Below are positions 1 to 11,760 of a stretch of DNA of 64,000 nt, piece by piece. The notes under the pieces were generated by a model. That model ran no database searches. It was not told the origin of the DNA and worked only from the letters and a program-made list of their open reading frames with translations. Numbering within the stretch: position 1 is the stretch's first letter; every line of letters starts with the position of its first letter. The translations under genes and the position numbers were made by a program. This stretch comes from Coniocarpon cinnabarinum. Taxonomy: Eukaryota. The stretch lies in NCBI GenBank assembly GCA_051942205.1, contig JAVECO010000131.1:1-64000 (forward strand). Reading direction: 5' to 3'.

Positions 1-361
1 CCGCTATCCCCCCTCCCAACACGCCCACCTCCGAAGTGTGCAATCGTCGAATCCCAAGAATCCCCCGGCGACGAGCACACAAGGCGATGTCACCTTCTCG
101 CCGGACGGCCGCTTCGTGCTGTCCGGCGCCGGGCCCGAGACCAACGGCGGCGGCGTGTACATCTACGACACGCAGGATTGCGAGGCGGGCGAGGCGGGTC
201 CCGAGAAGACGTTGAGACCCGTCGGCAATCTGCTGCAGGGACAGGACTCAGACGTGCGGGAGGCGGTGGGGCGCGCGAGCGTGCTGGGGTATAATCCACG
301 GCATAATCTGGTGGTGAGTGGAGAGCGGGGATGTGTGTTTTGGTTGCCGGAGGTGGATTAG
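1..361 (+). CDS. SWD2: WD40-repeat protein, Swd2/WDR82 family (COMPASS/CPF subunit), 3' part only
   Basis: Frame is open from position 2 to TAG at 359-361. It encodes GDVTFSPDGRFVLSG and the C-terminal YNPRHNLVVSGERGCVFWLP, which are typical of fungal Swd2 ends. The 5' end lies outside the window. Confidence 0.75.
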   Translation, partial: RYPPSQHAHLRSVQSSNPKNPPATSTQGDVTFSPDGRFVLSGAGPETNGGGVYIYDTQDCEAGEAGPEKTLRPVGNLLQGQDSDVREAVGRASVLGYNPRHNLVVSGERGCVFWLPEVD

Positions 362-636
362 CATCTGTGAAAAAGTGAGATTAATGAGAGATGGATTTAG
401 CGAGGCGTTGGGTGATTTGAAAAAGTAACTGCATCTCAAAATGATTGCGAGAATAGAGCCGTCTTTGGAAGAAGTAAGAGGATCACAGCAAATGCCAGCC
501 CAAAGAGTGCGGCAGAGTCTTGGATTCGAAGCTCTAATAAATGGTTCACCTGATGGGTAGCACCGCATCCAACGACGTATATGCTCAGCTGCATTCAGCC
601 TTGTGCAGGTTTCAAGCTCGGAGCATGCGCAGAGAT

Positions 637-1893
637 TCAAGCCCACCCTTGGACGCGTCTCCTCTTCCCACGCACCTCAAAAATCTCGCCCACATCGTCG
701 CCCTCAAAGCCGCCCGCACCCTCACCACCAGCCTTTCGCTTCCCAGTCTCCATTCCAGCCGCCCTCTCCGTCTCAATCTTCCCCAGCAGATTCCAATACT
801 TGCCCTGTAATTTACTCTCATTTTGTGCCTTCTCCGCCGCGCGCTTCATTGCATAGCGCTTGGTGCCGGGGCCCACGTACGGGTTCCGGGACTCAACCTC
901 GTGAATGCCGATCTGTGCATTGATGTCGTTGACTTGTCCGCGCGCGTAATTCGCGCGGAGTGCACGCTTTATCGCTGAAGGAGGGGTTTTCCTCAGCGGG
1001 AGTGATGCGGATTTGGCTTTGGCGTTCGAGACTCTGTCTGTGGCGGGCGTGGTCGCAGGAGCAGCCGTCTTGCGCTTCTTCTGCGCGGGTTCGGTCGGCG
1101 TAGAGGTGCGCAGTGTAGGAGGAATGCGCGCTGGCTCTTGCGCTTGCTGCTGCTGCTGCGACGCAGAAGCGGGCCCAGGGTCGTCGAGCCAGTAGCGGCC
1201 CCCGTCCTGGCCCTGCGCGAGACTGTGAGTCGACCCGCTGGAACGCCGATGTTTATGGCCTGCTCTTCGCTCGACGTTCTTTCCATCAAATGGCGTTGCG
1301 GCCTCTTCATCCTTCAGACGACGCCGACGGCGGTCTTCTGCAGCTCGCATGCGCGCGTTGACTTCCGCAGAGATATCATCAATGTCGAGTTCAGGAGGGG
1401 TGCCGGAAGACTCGTAGGGATTAGCGAAGTCTTTGCGCGTTTGCGTATGCGAAGAGCGTAGGCGCTTTGAGCGTGGCTCCGAAGACCAAGGTCCGGCGTT
1501 TGTAGAAGCGGGATCAGGTGTGTTCCTTTTCCTGTCGGCGAGGATAGGTATAGTATGCTGTGGGAGCCTCTCCGGTGGAGGCGATCGCGGCGCATGGCGT
1601 GGAGGAGACATGTTGTGCGGAGATTGTGCAGCGCGCGGAGGCGTTTGCGCTTTCTGCAATTCTTGAGCGCGAAGCGCGTCTTCTAAAGCAGCAGTCGTGC
1701 GGCGGTATATGGCATCCAACTCGACGACGTCGGCTCGGCTAGGATCTGCGCCGTTTTGGAGGAGAGAAACACCGAGTTGTCGAAGCGATTGTGCCTGGTT
1801 TTGCAGAGACTGGACATGGGTGTCGAGAAGAGAAGATAGGGTGCGGGGAGACGGTGGAGGTGTAGGAGTTTGGGAGTTCATGTTTTCGGTCAT
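637..1893 (-). CDS. Hypothetical protein (coiled-coil N-terminus, Pro-rich, basic NLS-like patches)
   Basis: 418-aa ATG-initiated ORF. The DDISAEVNARMRAAEDRRRRR segment resembles a motif I recall from Pezizomycotina hypothetical proteins. No function assignable. Confidence 0.7.
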   Translation of the reverse strand: MTENMNSQTPTPPPSPRTLSSLLDTHVQSLQNQAQSLRQLGVSLLQNGADPSRADVVELDAIYRRTTAALEDALRAQELQKAQTPPRAAQSPHNMSPPRHAPRSPPPERLPQHTIPILADRKRNTPDPASTNAGPWSSEPRSKRLRSSHTQTRKDFANPYESSGTPPELDIDDISAEVNARMRAAEDRRRRRLKDEEAATPFDGKNVERRAGHKHRRSSGSTHSLAQGQDGGRYWLDDPGPASASQQQQQAQEPARIPPTLRTSTPTEPAQKKRKTAAPATTPATDRVSNAKAKSASLPLRKTPPSAIKRALRANYARGQVNDINAQIGIHEVESRNPYVGPGTKRYAMKRAAEKAQNESKLQGKYWNLLGKIETERAAGMETGKRKAGGEGAGGFEGDDVGEIFEVRGKRRRVQGWA

Positions 1894-3414
1894 GATGGTT
1901 TGCGCAGTTCAGGTTGCAGGTGGATGGAAGAAGATTCGATAGACTCGAAGGTTCAGATGGAAAGATGATTTCAAAGTGTGACACTGTGCTAGATGTACTG
2001 TTCATAGGTGTAGTTGCTGATGTTCGGGTTGTCAGAAGACCCACAGGTTGCATGCGATAGATTCACAATTAAGGGTGCATTGTAAAAGAATTTGTGGGTA
2101 CTACCTAAGCTGAAGCACTGTTGAACGCGGTGACTCGAGGCAGGTGGTGCAAGGCGAGACCCTTGAGATGATGTCATGGTGTTGCCCTGCCAACTGATTG
2201 TTCAGAATCACGTGATTTGCGAGCATGAGTCGTTGCAGTCTTTCGAAGGGCCACTCTGACCATCCGTAGAGACTCGGCTTTGCAATCGCACAAAGTCGGC
2301 GACTACGGCTGAGCAAGAATACCTGCGAGGCGTGGCAGACACAGCACACTGCCAACTATTTGATGCAGTAAAGCTGTCACTCATAAGTAGATGATAACAC
2401 CCTGCTTCTTGAGCGAGATCTGAAGACGAATATATGATGCATTGTGAGCAGGAACACTCCAGCATCATTTGTCGACAGAGGACAACAGCCTCATCTTGCT
2501 AAGAATCGTAGGTAGCCAAGGCTGCCGATTTCGTCTGCGTCCGCAAATCACGTGCCATTAAGGTTACTTACAAAACCCATTGTGAGATTGCACAATCTCG
2601 TCTCACATACTGGTGCCGAAATTGATCAATAAACAGTCTTATGGTAGACGCTGGACACCGTGTTGAGGAGCCAGAAATGCACTGTAGATGTTCCATAATC
2701 TTGACGATTGTCTTGCTTAATGGTAGCCCCGTAGGAGCGAATGCGAAGCCCCCTTGTTCGGACGAATTGCAGATAGTTCAGCACGTCTGGCGAGTAAACT
2801 CAACCTTTCGCTTTACTTCACATCGTACGAGAGTGTTCGTATCACTGACGGCTAACGTATTCAGACGTGTCTCGCCCCATGAATGTAGCAATCACTGATA
2901 TGCACGGCAACAGTGCTGAATAGGCGCAGAAGCAGCCACCACTTCGTTTGATCTCGCAGCCTAGCTCCTCCTCCTTCCAAATCTGCACGAGGCAGATGCG
3001 TCGGGGACTTACCGAAAGTATGCACACACTGATGCCTTGATACCAAACGTTGACCTTAGCAAAGCAATCCAGTGACTCGCCGATGCAATGACGTGTCAGT
3101 CCACAAGGGAGATGGGCCGACTCGAATCGGGAGGAGATATCGGAAGCCTCCAGACCGTCTCTTATGTAGGTTTGCAATGATGATCGATGAGGGAACGCAA
3201 TCCTCCCTGTTCACTACCATGGTTATCGGCCGAAGAGCTTTTGCACATGCCAGGTAGTATATAGGCGATTTAATCGAAAAGGATAATTGCATGTTCGCAC
3301 CCCAGACAGTGGAACCCCAAGATGCGAAAAACGGCATGTAGAATGCTCGGCAATGTTTGATCAGAGACGGCCGCCACTGCTGGTGTTGGACAACGTTAAT
3401 GGTAGGCAAGGATT

Positions 3415-3764
3415 CATCCCCTACACTGCCCGGCACCTGCCGCTAACCTTTCTTGGTATTGTACAAATGACACTGCCAGATGCTCGAGAATGCAGCTGAC
3501 CTTAACAATAACAAGTAATTGAAGCAGAAACGATGAACGTATAACTATGCGTATTACAACATCTCTATCTATGCTTCTGAATATACTTAAAAGAGCTTTT
3601 AAGCGTAGTAGTAAACCTATGTGTTGTAGTAGTTGAATTAAGAGGTACGGATGCGATGCAATGATGCTAAACAGCTGCTATATAAATTGCCCTGTGGGGG
3701 AATTATCAGACATCTGAGCATACCAAGAAAGGTTAGCGGCAGGTGCCGGGCAGTGTAGGGGATG
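3415..3764. repeat. Perfect 45-bp inverted repeat (3415-3459 / 3720-3764) around a 260-bp AT-rich spacer
   Basis: CATCCCCTACACTGCCCGGCACCTGCCGCTAACCTTTCTTGGTAT at 3415-3459 is the exact reverse complement of 3720-3764. Confidence 0.95.
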
Positions 3765-6700
3765 GCTGTGACCTGCCAAGACCCAAGCTACAGATATTCC
3801 TGCATCGTACACGGAGGTTTCGACATGCCCCTGGAATTGTAAAGTGGAGCTGACACTAGACCAACGATTACCGCGTCGCCGGTGGACTCAGCGGCAGATC
3901 TGAAGTTAGCACGGAGAGCGAGAAAGTTGAAAGCCTGACGAACGGCAAAGGAGAAGTACTAAAATGACTCTCTGGGAACAAGAGACGCTTGCTAGCGGGC
4001 AACGGCAAAAAGTGGGACCTGTACTCCGTAATCGCCAGGATGTCTTGGACGCTTCCTGAGAACCCTGTCCAATACGATGAGATTCAGCCCACTGGCCTGC
4101 CCCGAAGACCTAGTGCATTGATGACTTCAGATCCGAGATTTATTCGAGGTCATAAGCATGCTCTTAGAGTGTCTAGCCGTGGAGCAGTGTTTGATGGTCT
4201 TTGAAGGATGGGCGATGCCAGTACTTTCTGATTGATCGAGACCGTGATGCCGATCTCTGATGATGTTATTGGCAGGGAGCTGCATCATTTCCCACCAATC
4301 GTTGATTGCCGTGGCGGACAGAAAACCGGACGCGTGCACGCGAGGCTCACCTCATTCATAAGATGCCCTAATGCAGCTAGACGCTGCTGAAGTGGCTAGT
4401 CTTTGATGGCCCACAGAGTCGCACGCCTTCTACCGCTTCAAGAGCACGCCGTTGTCTCTGCGATCTACCTAGGCCTGGTTCTGCGTGCTCAGCCGGTCAA
4501 AGATGCGACAGCTCAAGTCAGGTAGAACATCAAGGGGGGCGTAGAAGATCTGCGCATGCAAAGTCGCTGCTCAGCGAGCGTCAGTCGGTGGAGCTTGCAT
4601 GGATCGACCTCGCTTTGCTCGTTTACCCCGACGTGGATGATAAGGGGTTGAGGATCTCAGGAGAGTGCTGTGCTTTCTTTCCATCGGCTTCGAGACCATA
4701 TCAAGATGCGCCACAGCGTGGAGACCCAATTCGTGGGGTGGCACTATGCGATGCCGGAAATGGAACTCTATCTTCTGCAGATACAAGGCAACGCATCACT
4801 TGCTAAATGTGCCGATGAAGCATCACTCGCACTACTCGAGCTTTGTCCTTGGTAGTATACATCTTTGCAGTACGTGCCAGGCTGCGGAAAGATTTCAGGG
4901 GTGTTCAGTCCTGTTAGGTCGTACGCATGCTTATGAGCTTCCATTCCTGCGCGGCCTTAGCGGCGTGTCGTGAAACCCACAGCCCAGGCCTGAGACCATG
5001 AGCATCTGCGTCTGACATGCGGAGCCCTGTAGCACATACTCCGATTGCTTTCGACGCGAGACGCAGGGTATGGTAGCCCAGGTAGCTGTGCTACGCCAGC
5101 ACGAGTGGTCGCACTAAGAAATAGACAGAAGCTCTGCCCGCACACTTCGCGGCTGTCGTAGCATCGACCGCAGCTAGCTTGACGGAAGAAACTGCCGCAG
5201 GTAATCTGGCTGCGGCGAAGTGGTGCGGAGCAGCGTCCGCGAGGTAGCGGTTGGGGGGCGTGTTGGGATCAGAGGACCTCGGTGCAATAAGTTCAACCTC
5301 CATTTCCGTTTCCGCCTAGTGCTTGACGGATGTTGCTTCATGTCTATCGCACTAAGCGTTGTTGACGGCTTCAGGCGTCTGGCGGTGACTGTACTCTATG
5401 ATGCCATGCTCATGTTAGTCGCCTCGTAGACATGATTCAAGAGTGACTTTACACGGGCGTGTGTGGAATCCAACCATGAAAGCTGGCATGGATGGCCTCT
5501 GCACTGATCAAGATAGTACCCATCATTACACTCGCGTGCCGGCCCGACTTGAAGACTTGACTCGCGCGCTTGTGATTGACGGATGGTAGGTGCGCCTTTG
5601 TATCGACTTTGGCTCCGCACAGCCATCAATATTGGGCCAGGCGCTCTGCAGCTCAAGTGGGCGGCTGACAGTTCTCATCACAAGTATGCTCTCTATAGAA
5701 TCCAGCGGTGTGAACAGTCTAGTTGTGGTCCGGCGCACCGCAAGCTGCCGTTGAGGCTGGAGGCGAGAATCACAGCCCGGATTACGTGGAGCATGGTTGG
5801 GCAAAAGCTTGCAGAGAGTCAGCACAGGGGCCAAGATGGATGGAATGCAGAGAACGTTGATCATTTCCGCCAGTGCTCGTGTCGGTGGTGTCAGGCCGAT
5901 TGCTCATCTAACACGCCACTGGAGCAAATATTTTCGTTAGCCGGCGTGTCAGGCGTGTCACGCGTCAGCAGTAGTAGTGTCAGTGTTATTGCTTTCGCGT
6001 CTCTCTGCGCTGCAAGACCGACGCCGGGAGGAGAATGTCCCGGCAGAGAGACTTTTCTTTCGCCTTCCTCATTCACGAGCTTGCCACTGTCTCGCTGGGC
6101 GCCGGGTGCCACGGTGCGTTCCTCACCAGCCAAGCGCCAAACAGAGTTGTCTCTCTGCCACGCTGAGCCGTGCATTCCACCGCGGTCAGCGGACTTGCTG
6201 CGGGATTTGGCCAAAGTGTATCGAGCGAGGAAGCTTCGTGAGCTTGCGTTTGCTGACTGTCGCAGGCGGTGGCGGGCAGCTTAGGTAGTGATGGGTGTCG
6301 CTCTTGGCGAGCCACGGCGCCGGCGTGACACATTGATACGGCGAGTGACGACTGAGTGTGCTGTGGCTCACAAGCTGGCTGGACGGATCGCGACACGAGT
6401 AAGAACGAGTAAGCTCGCCGCTGCATTCACCTCCAGCGCCGTCCGCAGCCGATCGTCCACGCGGGCGCTGATTCGCCGGCCGTGTCAACGATGTGTGCGT
6501 GTGTCCCAACGGCGAGGTATTGCGATCGGAAACAGCAGTATCCTGGCAGCATCTCTCTTCCTCCACGAGGGCCCGCAAGCTGCGCTAGACACAACTTCCT
6601 CCTGCGGCCCTCGCAACTGTACGGGGTACGGAGTACACACATACCTGTCCTCTTTGGGTCCTTGCGATGCGCATCCTCTGTCTGTCTGGTTCCAGTGCTT

Positions 6701-8151
6701 CTACCTGCAGCCCGTCGGTCTCACGCTGCGAAGAAACTCTCCAAACGGGCGTCCAGCCGGCTGCCTGGGGTCAGCCTCGCTCCATGCCAACTCGTATCGT
6801 ATCTTCTCGTCGACCTTTGCGTTTGCCTGCGCCCTGGTACACGTCGGATCTGCCTATTCTGTCTCCCGCGCACAAGCTTGGATTAACGCTGCGACTCAGT
6901 GCGTCGGTGCGGCGTCTTCCATGCGAGGTCTCCCCAAGCGCTATGTCAGGTCGCGCGTCACGCGTCGGCCCTCCTGAGCCCCAGGTGCTGCAGCGGAGTG
7001 AGGACGGCAATCTTGTCGTAAAGGCCATCGCGGGCCAACCAACGCGTTGCACTCTCGATGCGATGCCCGTGTGCCGGGGGATGAAAGCGCCTGCTCGGTG
7101 CCGGTTGCCTGATCTTTAATTGGCAAGGCTCATCCCTGGCTCTAGCTCGGTGATGTCGTCGTCGTCCGCACCACCCTCCAGCGCACTACATCCTCGCCAA
7201 ATCAAAGTCATCTGCTGCAGGACAAACGTGTGACATCGTCATGGTGGGCGCACTAACCTCGTTACTGCCAATTTCAACGCATACGTTTGTCTCCCCTCTC
7301 CCGGCGCGTCCATGCTGCTTGCTGCTGCTTGCTGCTACCTGCTCCTGCTGCGGCGCACTGGCCGGTCGCCGGTTGGAGCCAGTCGACGGCATCACCATCG
7401 TTGCTTAGCGGGTCTCATGTCCACTCCCAGGAGCTGACCTGAGATTCCCCCGCTGCACGCGCTCACATGCACACACCACTTCCATGCCGCAAGGGTCCGT
7501 GACTTTCTGTTGCGCCCCGCTCGGCAGCCCAGCCTTCTCGCACGACACGACGCTTCCTCTTCTCACCTTACGCTCCAGGCGTGCTGTGACTTGACTTTGA
7601 CCCACGACGCCCCCCTCCCCCCTCCATCTCCGTCAGCACCGCCGTGACTTTTGCCCACCGTTCCCGAGCGAGCACGCTAGCGCCACTCTGCGAATTACTC
7701 AAGCCACCGCGCACACGGATTACTTTCTCATTTGCGCGACTTCCGAAAGCAGCGAGGGGCCTTGCTCCCACTCCTACACTCGCTCCCTGGAACGCGGCGG
7801 GCGTGGTTCGCTTCGCTTCGCTCGAAATACTCTCATACGCACCACACGCACGCGGTCCAGCGCATCCTCTCCCCCTCTCTCACACACACGCACACACTCG
7901 ACGCACACCTCACGCGCCCGTCCCCAACAGCACGCCCGCGAGTCTCGCGCTAGGCCTCCCATCCGATGGACCACACAGTGCGACCGGGCGTGCTGGGCTC
8001 GTGGGTGGATGCGTGGGTGGCGTGCTGCAACAAAACCTTGAGTCGACACTCGCCATCTTCCACTCCAGTCCTAGCCCGCCGTGCCCGCCAACCCCTTCCC
8101 TTCTCTCCACCACTCCAGCCCAGCCTGCTGCTTGCTCGCTAACTTCCATTA

Positions 8152-8172
8152 CTTGCTTGCTTGCTTGCTTGC
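8152..8172. repeat. (CTTG)5 microsatellite in the pyrimidine-rich region upstream of the cyclin
   Basis: cttgcttgcttgcttgcttgc read directly. Confidence 0.85.
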
Positions 8173-8779
8173 ACGCTTGTTGCTTGTCCCTCCTCCTCTT
8201 CCTCCGCCTCCGTGTGCGCGCGCGTTCGCCCTTCGTCACCGGCCTGGAGACAATCATCTCCCTGGCGCGCCGCGCGAAGCAGGGCCCATGCCTTGGTAGT
8301 GGAATGTCAACACCAGCCTGCCTTCCCTTTGCCCCATGGAACATTCTCAGATCCAACCCACACCATCGCCGCCGCCGCCGCCGCCTCTCTCCGTCCCTTC
8401 ACGCTGCCCTCGCCGGTCCTTTTGCCTTTGTCCTGTTGTAGAACCCGCGCTCCACGAGCAATAATCGTAATCTTTCCTCCTTCGGTCACTTCCTTGCAAC
8501 ACATTCCTGCCCGTCCCACCGCTACTGCATCCTTCTTTCGTCAGCGCCCTTCACCTCTGCCCCCAACCCGCTGAGACACTGACTCCACCCTCCCAGACCA
8601 CACCTTCTCCTCAACGTCCACCTGTCGTTTTCTCGCCGGCGTCTCCGTCACTGTGGTGATATCGTCCGACCCACACCCATCGTGGTCCTGATCGTCGTCA
8701 TCTTCACACCTCAACACAACTTGTGCTCTAATCAGGCTGTTTCAAACACCGTTTGCCGTACTCACTGTCTTCACCGGCG

Positions 8780-9158
8780 ATGAGCAGGTGTGACCAAGCA
8801 CGATATTGGAATTGACGATGGTCATCGCCCATTCCTGTGCTCAAACAGGCAGGAAGAAGCGGTCTCCAGCAAGCACCAGCCTCCAGAGCTGCAGCCGCAG
8901 CTTCAGGTTCTGCGTTACACCTTTCACCGCTTAGGTCGGACCAGGCTCGTTTGACACTTCATTACGGCAGTGACGACAAACCTGCTACCTTTCCCTTCTC
9001 CGCCACTTCCACATTTCCCTAGCCACAGTCCTCCGCATCTCCCTTCTGCACCAATCGCCACCTCCTCACCCTACAACTTCTCTAACACCTCTATGCTCGA
9101 TGCTCGGAATCCAGTATCCCAGGTCTCTACCCAACCCAGCACCACCATCTCCTCCTGA
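8780..9158 (+). promoter_or_regulatory. Candidate upstream ORFs in the cyclin mRNA leader
   Basis: ATG-initiated ORFs at 8780-8815 (MSRCDQARYWN), 8818-8934 (38 aa) and 9093-9158 (out of frame, overlapping the 9100 ATG). The transcription start is unknown. Confidence 0.45.
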
Positions 9159-11134
9159 AAGCGTAGATCGACACACGCCACCCTCCAGAGAGCGTCTGGG
9201 TCTGAGGTCTCTCCTGCATACCCGCCAAAGCCCCTCATTTCGATCTGGCACTTGTGGACGATCACAGCGGTGGGCTGGTCGGGAAGTGGAAGGTCGAGCC
9301 ATGAGTGGGGCGTATGGCTCATACCAGCAGCCCCCCTCCCATCCACACTACACCAATGGCACATATGGCTCAGCCATGGCTGGCATTTCAAGTCAGAAGC
9401 CCGTGAACAACCAATCCTCCAGCTTTCCAAGCTTTCAGTCCAGCAGCGGATATCAGCAGAATGCAAGTCAGACCAGCCTGTCCACAAATCCGGACCAAAG
9501 CCGCGCAGTGAGCCCTGAGTTCGAGCCACAACTACCTTACAATGCCGAGGGAGGAGTGAAAAACATCAATAATGGCATACACCCGTACCTGCAGCTTCCG
9601 CCAACAATCAGCTCGGTCGGAGGAAGCATATCTGAGTTTGCAGCTCAAGTGAGCTTATTGAGCATTTTTTTTTATCATAGCAGCACGTACTGACTACTTG
9701 TAGGCAACTTGCTTGTTCTGGTTTGAATCGTCTTCAACCCTCACACAGATCGAAGACACCTCTCGTCCGCTTCGATCACGCGCGATTCTGTCACCGGAAG
9801 CTCTCCCCGCGACGGGATTCACGAAATGGGTCACGACAATCCTGTCTACGACGCAAGTGACGCAAAATGTCATACTACTCGCTCTCCTGTTCGTTCACCG
9901 ACTAAAGAAACAAAATCCAACGGTCAAGGGAAAGCTAGGGAGCGAATATCGTCTTCTCACGGTTGCGTTGATGCTCGGAAACAAATTTCTTGACGACAAT
10001 ACGTATACGAACAAGACGTGGGCAGAAGTGTCCGGCATTTCGGTGACTGAGATCCACGTCATGGAAGTGGAATTCCTCAGCCACATGAAATACAATCTAT
10101 ACACATCAAAAGAAGAATGGATTGAGTGGCACAGGAAGCTTGCACATCTCTGGAGATTCTTCACTGCGACGTCTCCGGTACAGCCTGATGCTCGTCCAGG
10201 CCAGCAATACCCTTTCAAGCCGAACATGTTGCATATACCCCGAACACTCCCATCTCCACCTTCGTCGAACAATGCTTCATCTCCGCCTTACCCGGCAGTC
10301 GTCTCTCCCGGCTATCCTCCATATTCCAGCAATGCTCCGACGTTGCCCCAGCCAATCGTCTCACATCAGATCTCACCGGCTAACTCGGCGCCGCCTCTCG
10401 ACTATCCATTTGCCAGGAAGCGAAGTTGTGACGAAGCGGCTCAAAGTGTCGAGCCACCGCCAAAGAGACTCTACAATCAAGAAGCGTATCAAGTCACACG
10501 CTCGTCGACGCCGGTTGAAGCAATATCTTCACAAGTCCACAGTCAACCGCATTTGGCTAATTTGCCGATGCCTACACTACCCTTTCCCGGTCAGCAAAAC
10601 CGACCCACGTCTTACGCGCAAGGTCCAACGCCAGCATCAAATGTGTTCGCCCCCAACCAACAACTGCCGCCTTTTGGTAGCTGGCAGCATCCGCCTGCGG
10701 CATCGCAAACCCGGGATCCTCGGTCTCTGCCTACGTTGCAAGTAGCAACTGGCAATACACAAAGTGAAAGAGCGAGACAGCATACACCTTATGGGCCCAT
10801 TTCGCGACATCCATCTCCGGTAGCACCGACATTCCCCACCTCTGCGGCCGCGCATTCCGCGCCACATGGACAGCTGTCTCCTTCTTTCTTCCTTCATCAA
10901 CGAAGCTCGCCTTATCGACCTGTTCGCAACATTAGCACGTTGCTCGTACCACCGCCCTCTGGTCAGCTTCGGAATCCGCCGCAGCAGTTGTCAGACGAGC
11001 AGATGTATTGGCAGCCGTTGGGTCGGCAGAGCGTAACAAAGACAGGTCGGCTGCCGTATGACTATCACGGCGCGTGGCCTGAAGCGCATCAGTATCAACA
11101 TTGGCCGTCCGGCTATCAACAGCAGGCACGTTGA
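9100..11134 (+). CDS. CLG1: Pho85-type (Pcl/Clg1/Mug80-like) cyclin
   Basis: Exons 9100-9648 and 9704-11134; intron GTGAGC...TACTGAC...TAG. Splicing gives EFAAQ|ATCLFWFES followed by the cyclin box KWVTTILSTTQVTQNVILLALLF...GSEYRLLTVALMLGNKFLDDNTYTNKTWAEVSG. The start could alternatively be ATG 9301 (gccATG). Confidence 0.88.
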
Positions 11135-11760
11135 TGCAATATTGAATGTGCAATTGCGGCTCAAAGACCACACACCTACCACACAGCTCAGTGTCTACTT
11201 TATTACAGCATCATTTAGAGCATCATTTTAGCCTGTACATTGGTTCCCTTCAGCATTTTGCAGCATCTTTCGAACGGCATGGCGATGGCGTTCGAGCAGT
11301 GGTGACTCCATTGCTGGGTTCACAGAAATAGTTAATCTGAAGGTCCGACTAAAGATTGAGGACCTATGTGCCATTCTGGCCACATTGTGGTCGTCAAAAG
11401 GTAGACTGGACTCGCGTTCCGTCAACATTAGCGGAGGCAAGATCAGGTAGATTTCAATCTCAAGGCGACGCTACACCGTCGCGTTGACAACATGCCTCAA
11501 AATCTTTTTTTTTCGTTGACTTCTTTTTTATCTGGTCACGTGCTCTTTTGGGATTTGCCGAGGCTACTTGCGTTATGGTCTTGAGTCAAGTCGCAGATTC
11601 CTCTGAAAACCTCAGTGACTGGACGTGTCCAGTCGCATCCAGGCTGCTCCGCTGACTTTGCTGGCAGGTTTCTCAAGTACGTAGCAGCTAGAGAAGCACC
11701 GAACTGCCATGGAGAAGAAGACGTGAACGCGTTTCGGTGTACAGATACAACGCGCCCATC

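Noticed and set aside
5583..8441. Long ORFs 5583-6284, 6288-6977 and 7644-8441
   Set aside because: Arg/Ser/Cys/Ala-rich, non-globular translations typical of chance ORFs in GC-rich non-coding DNA, with no motifs.
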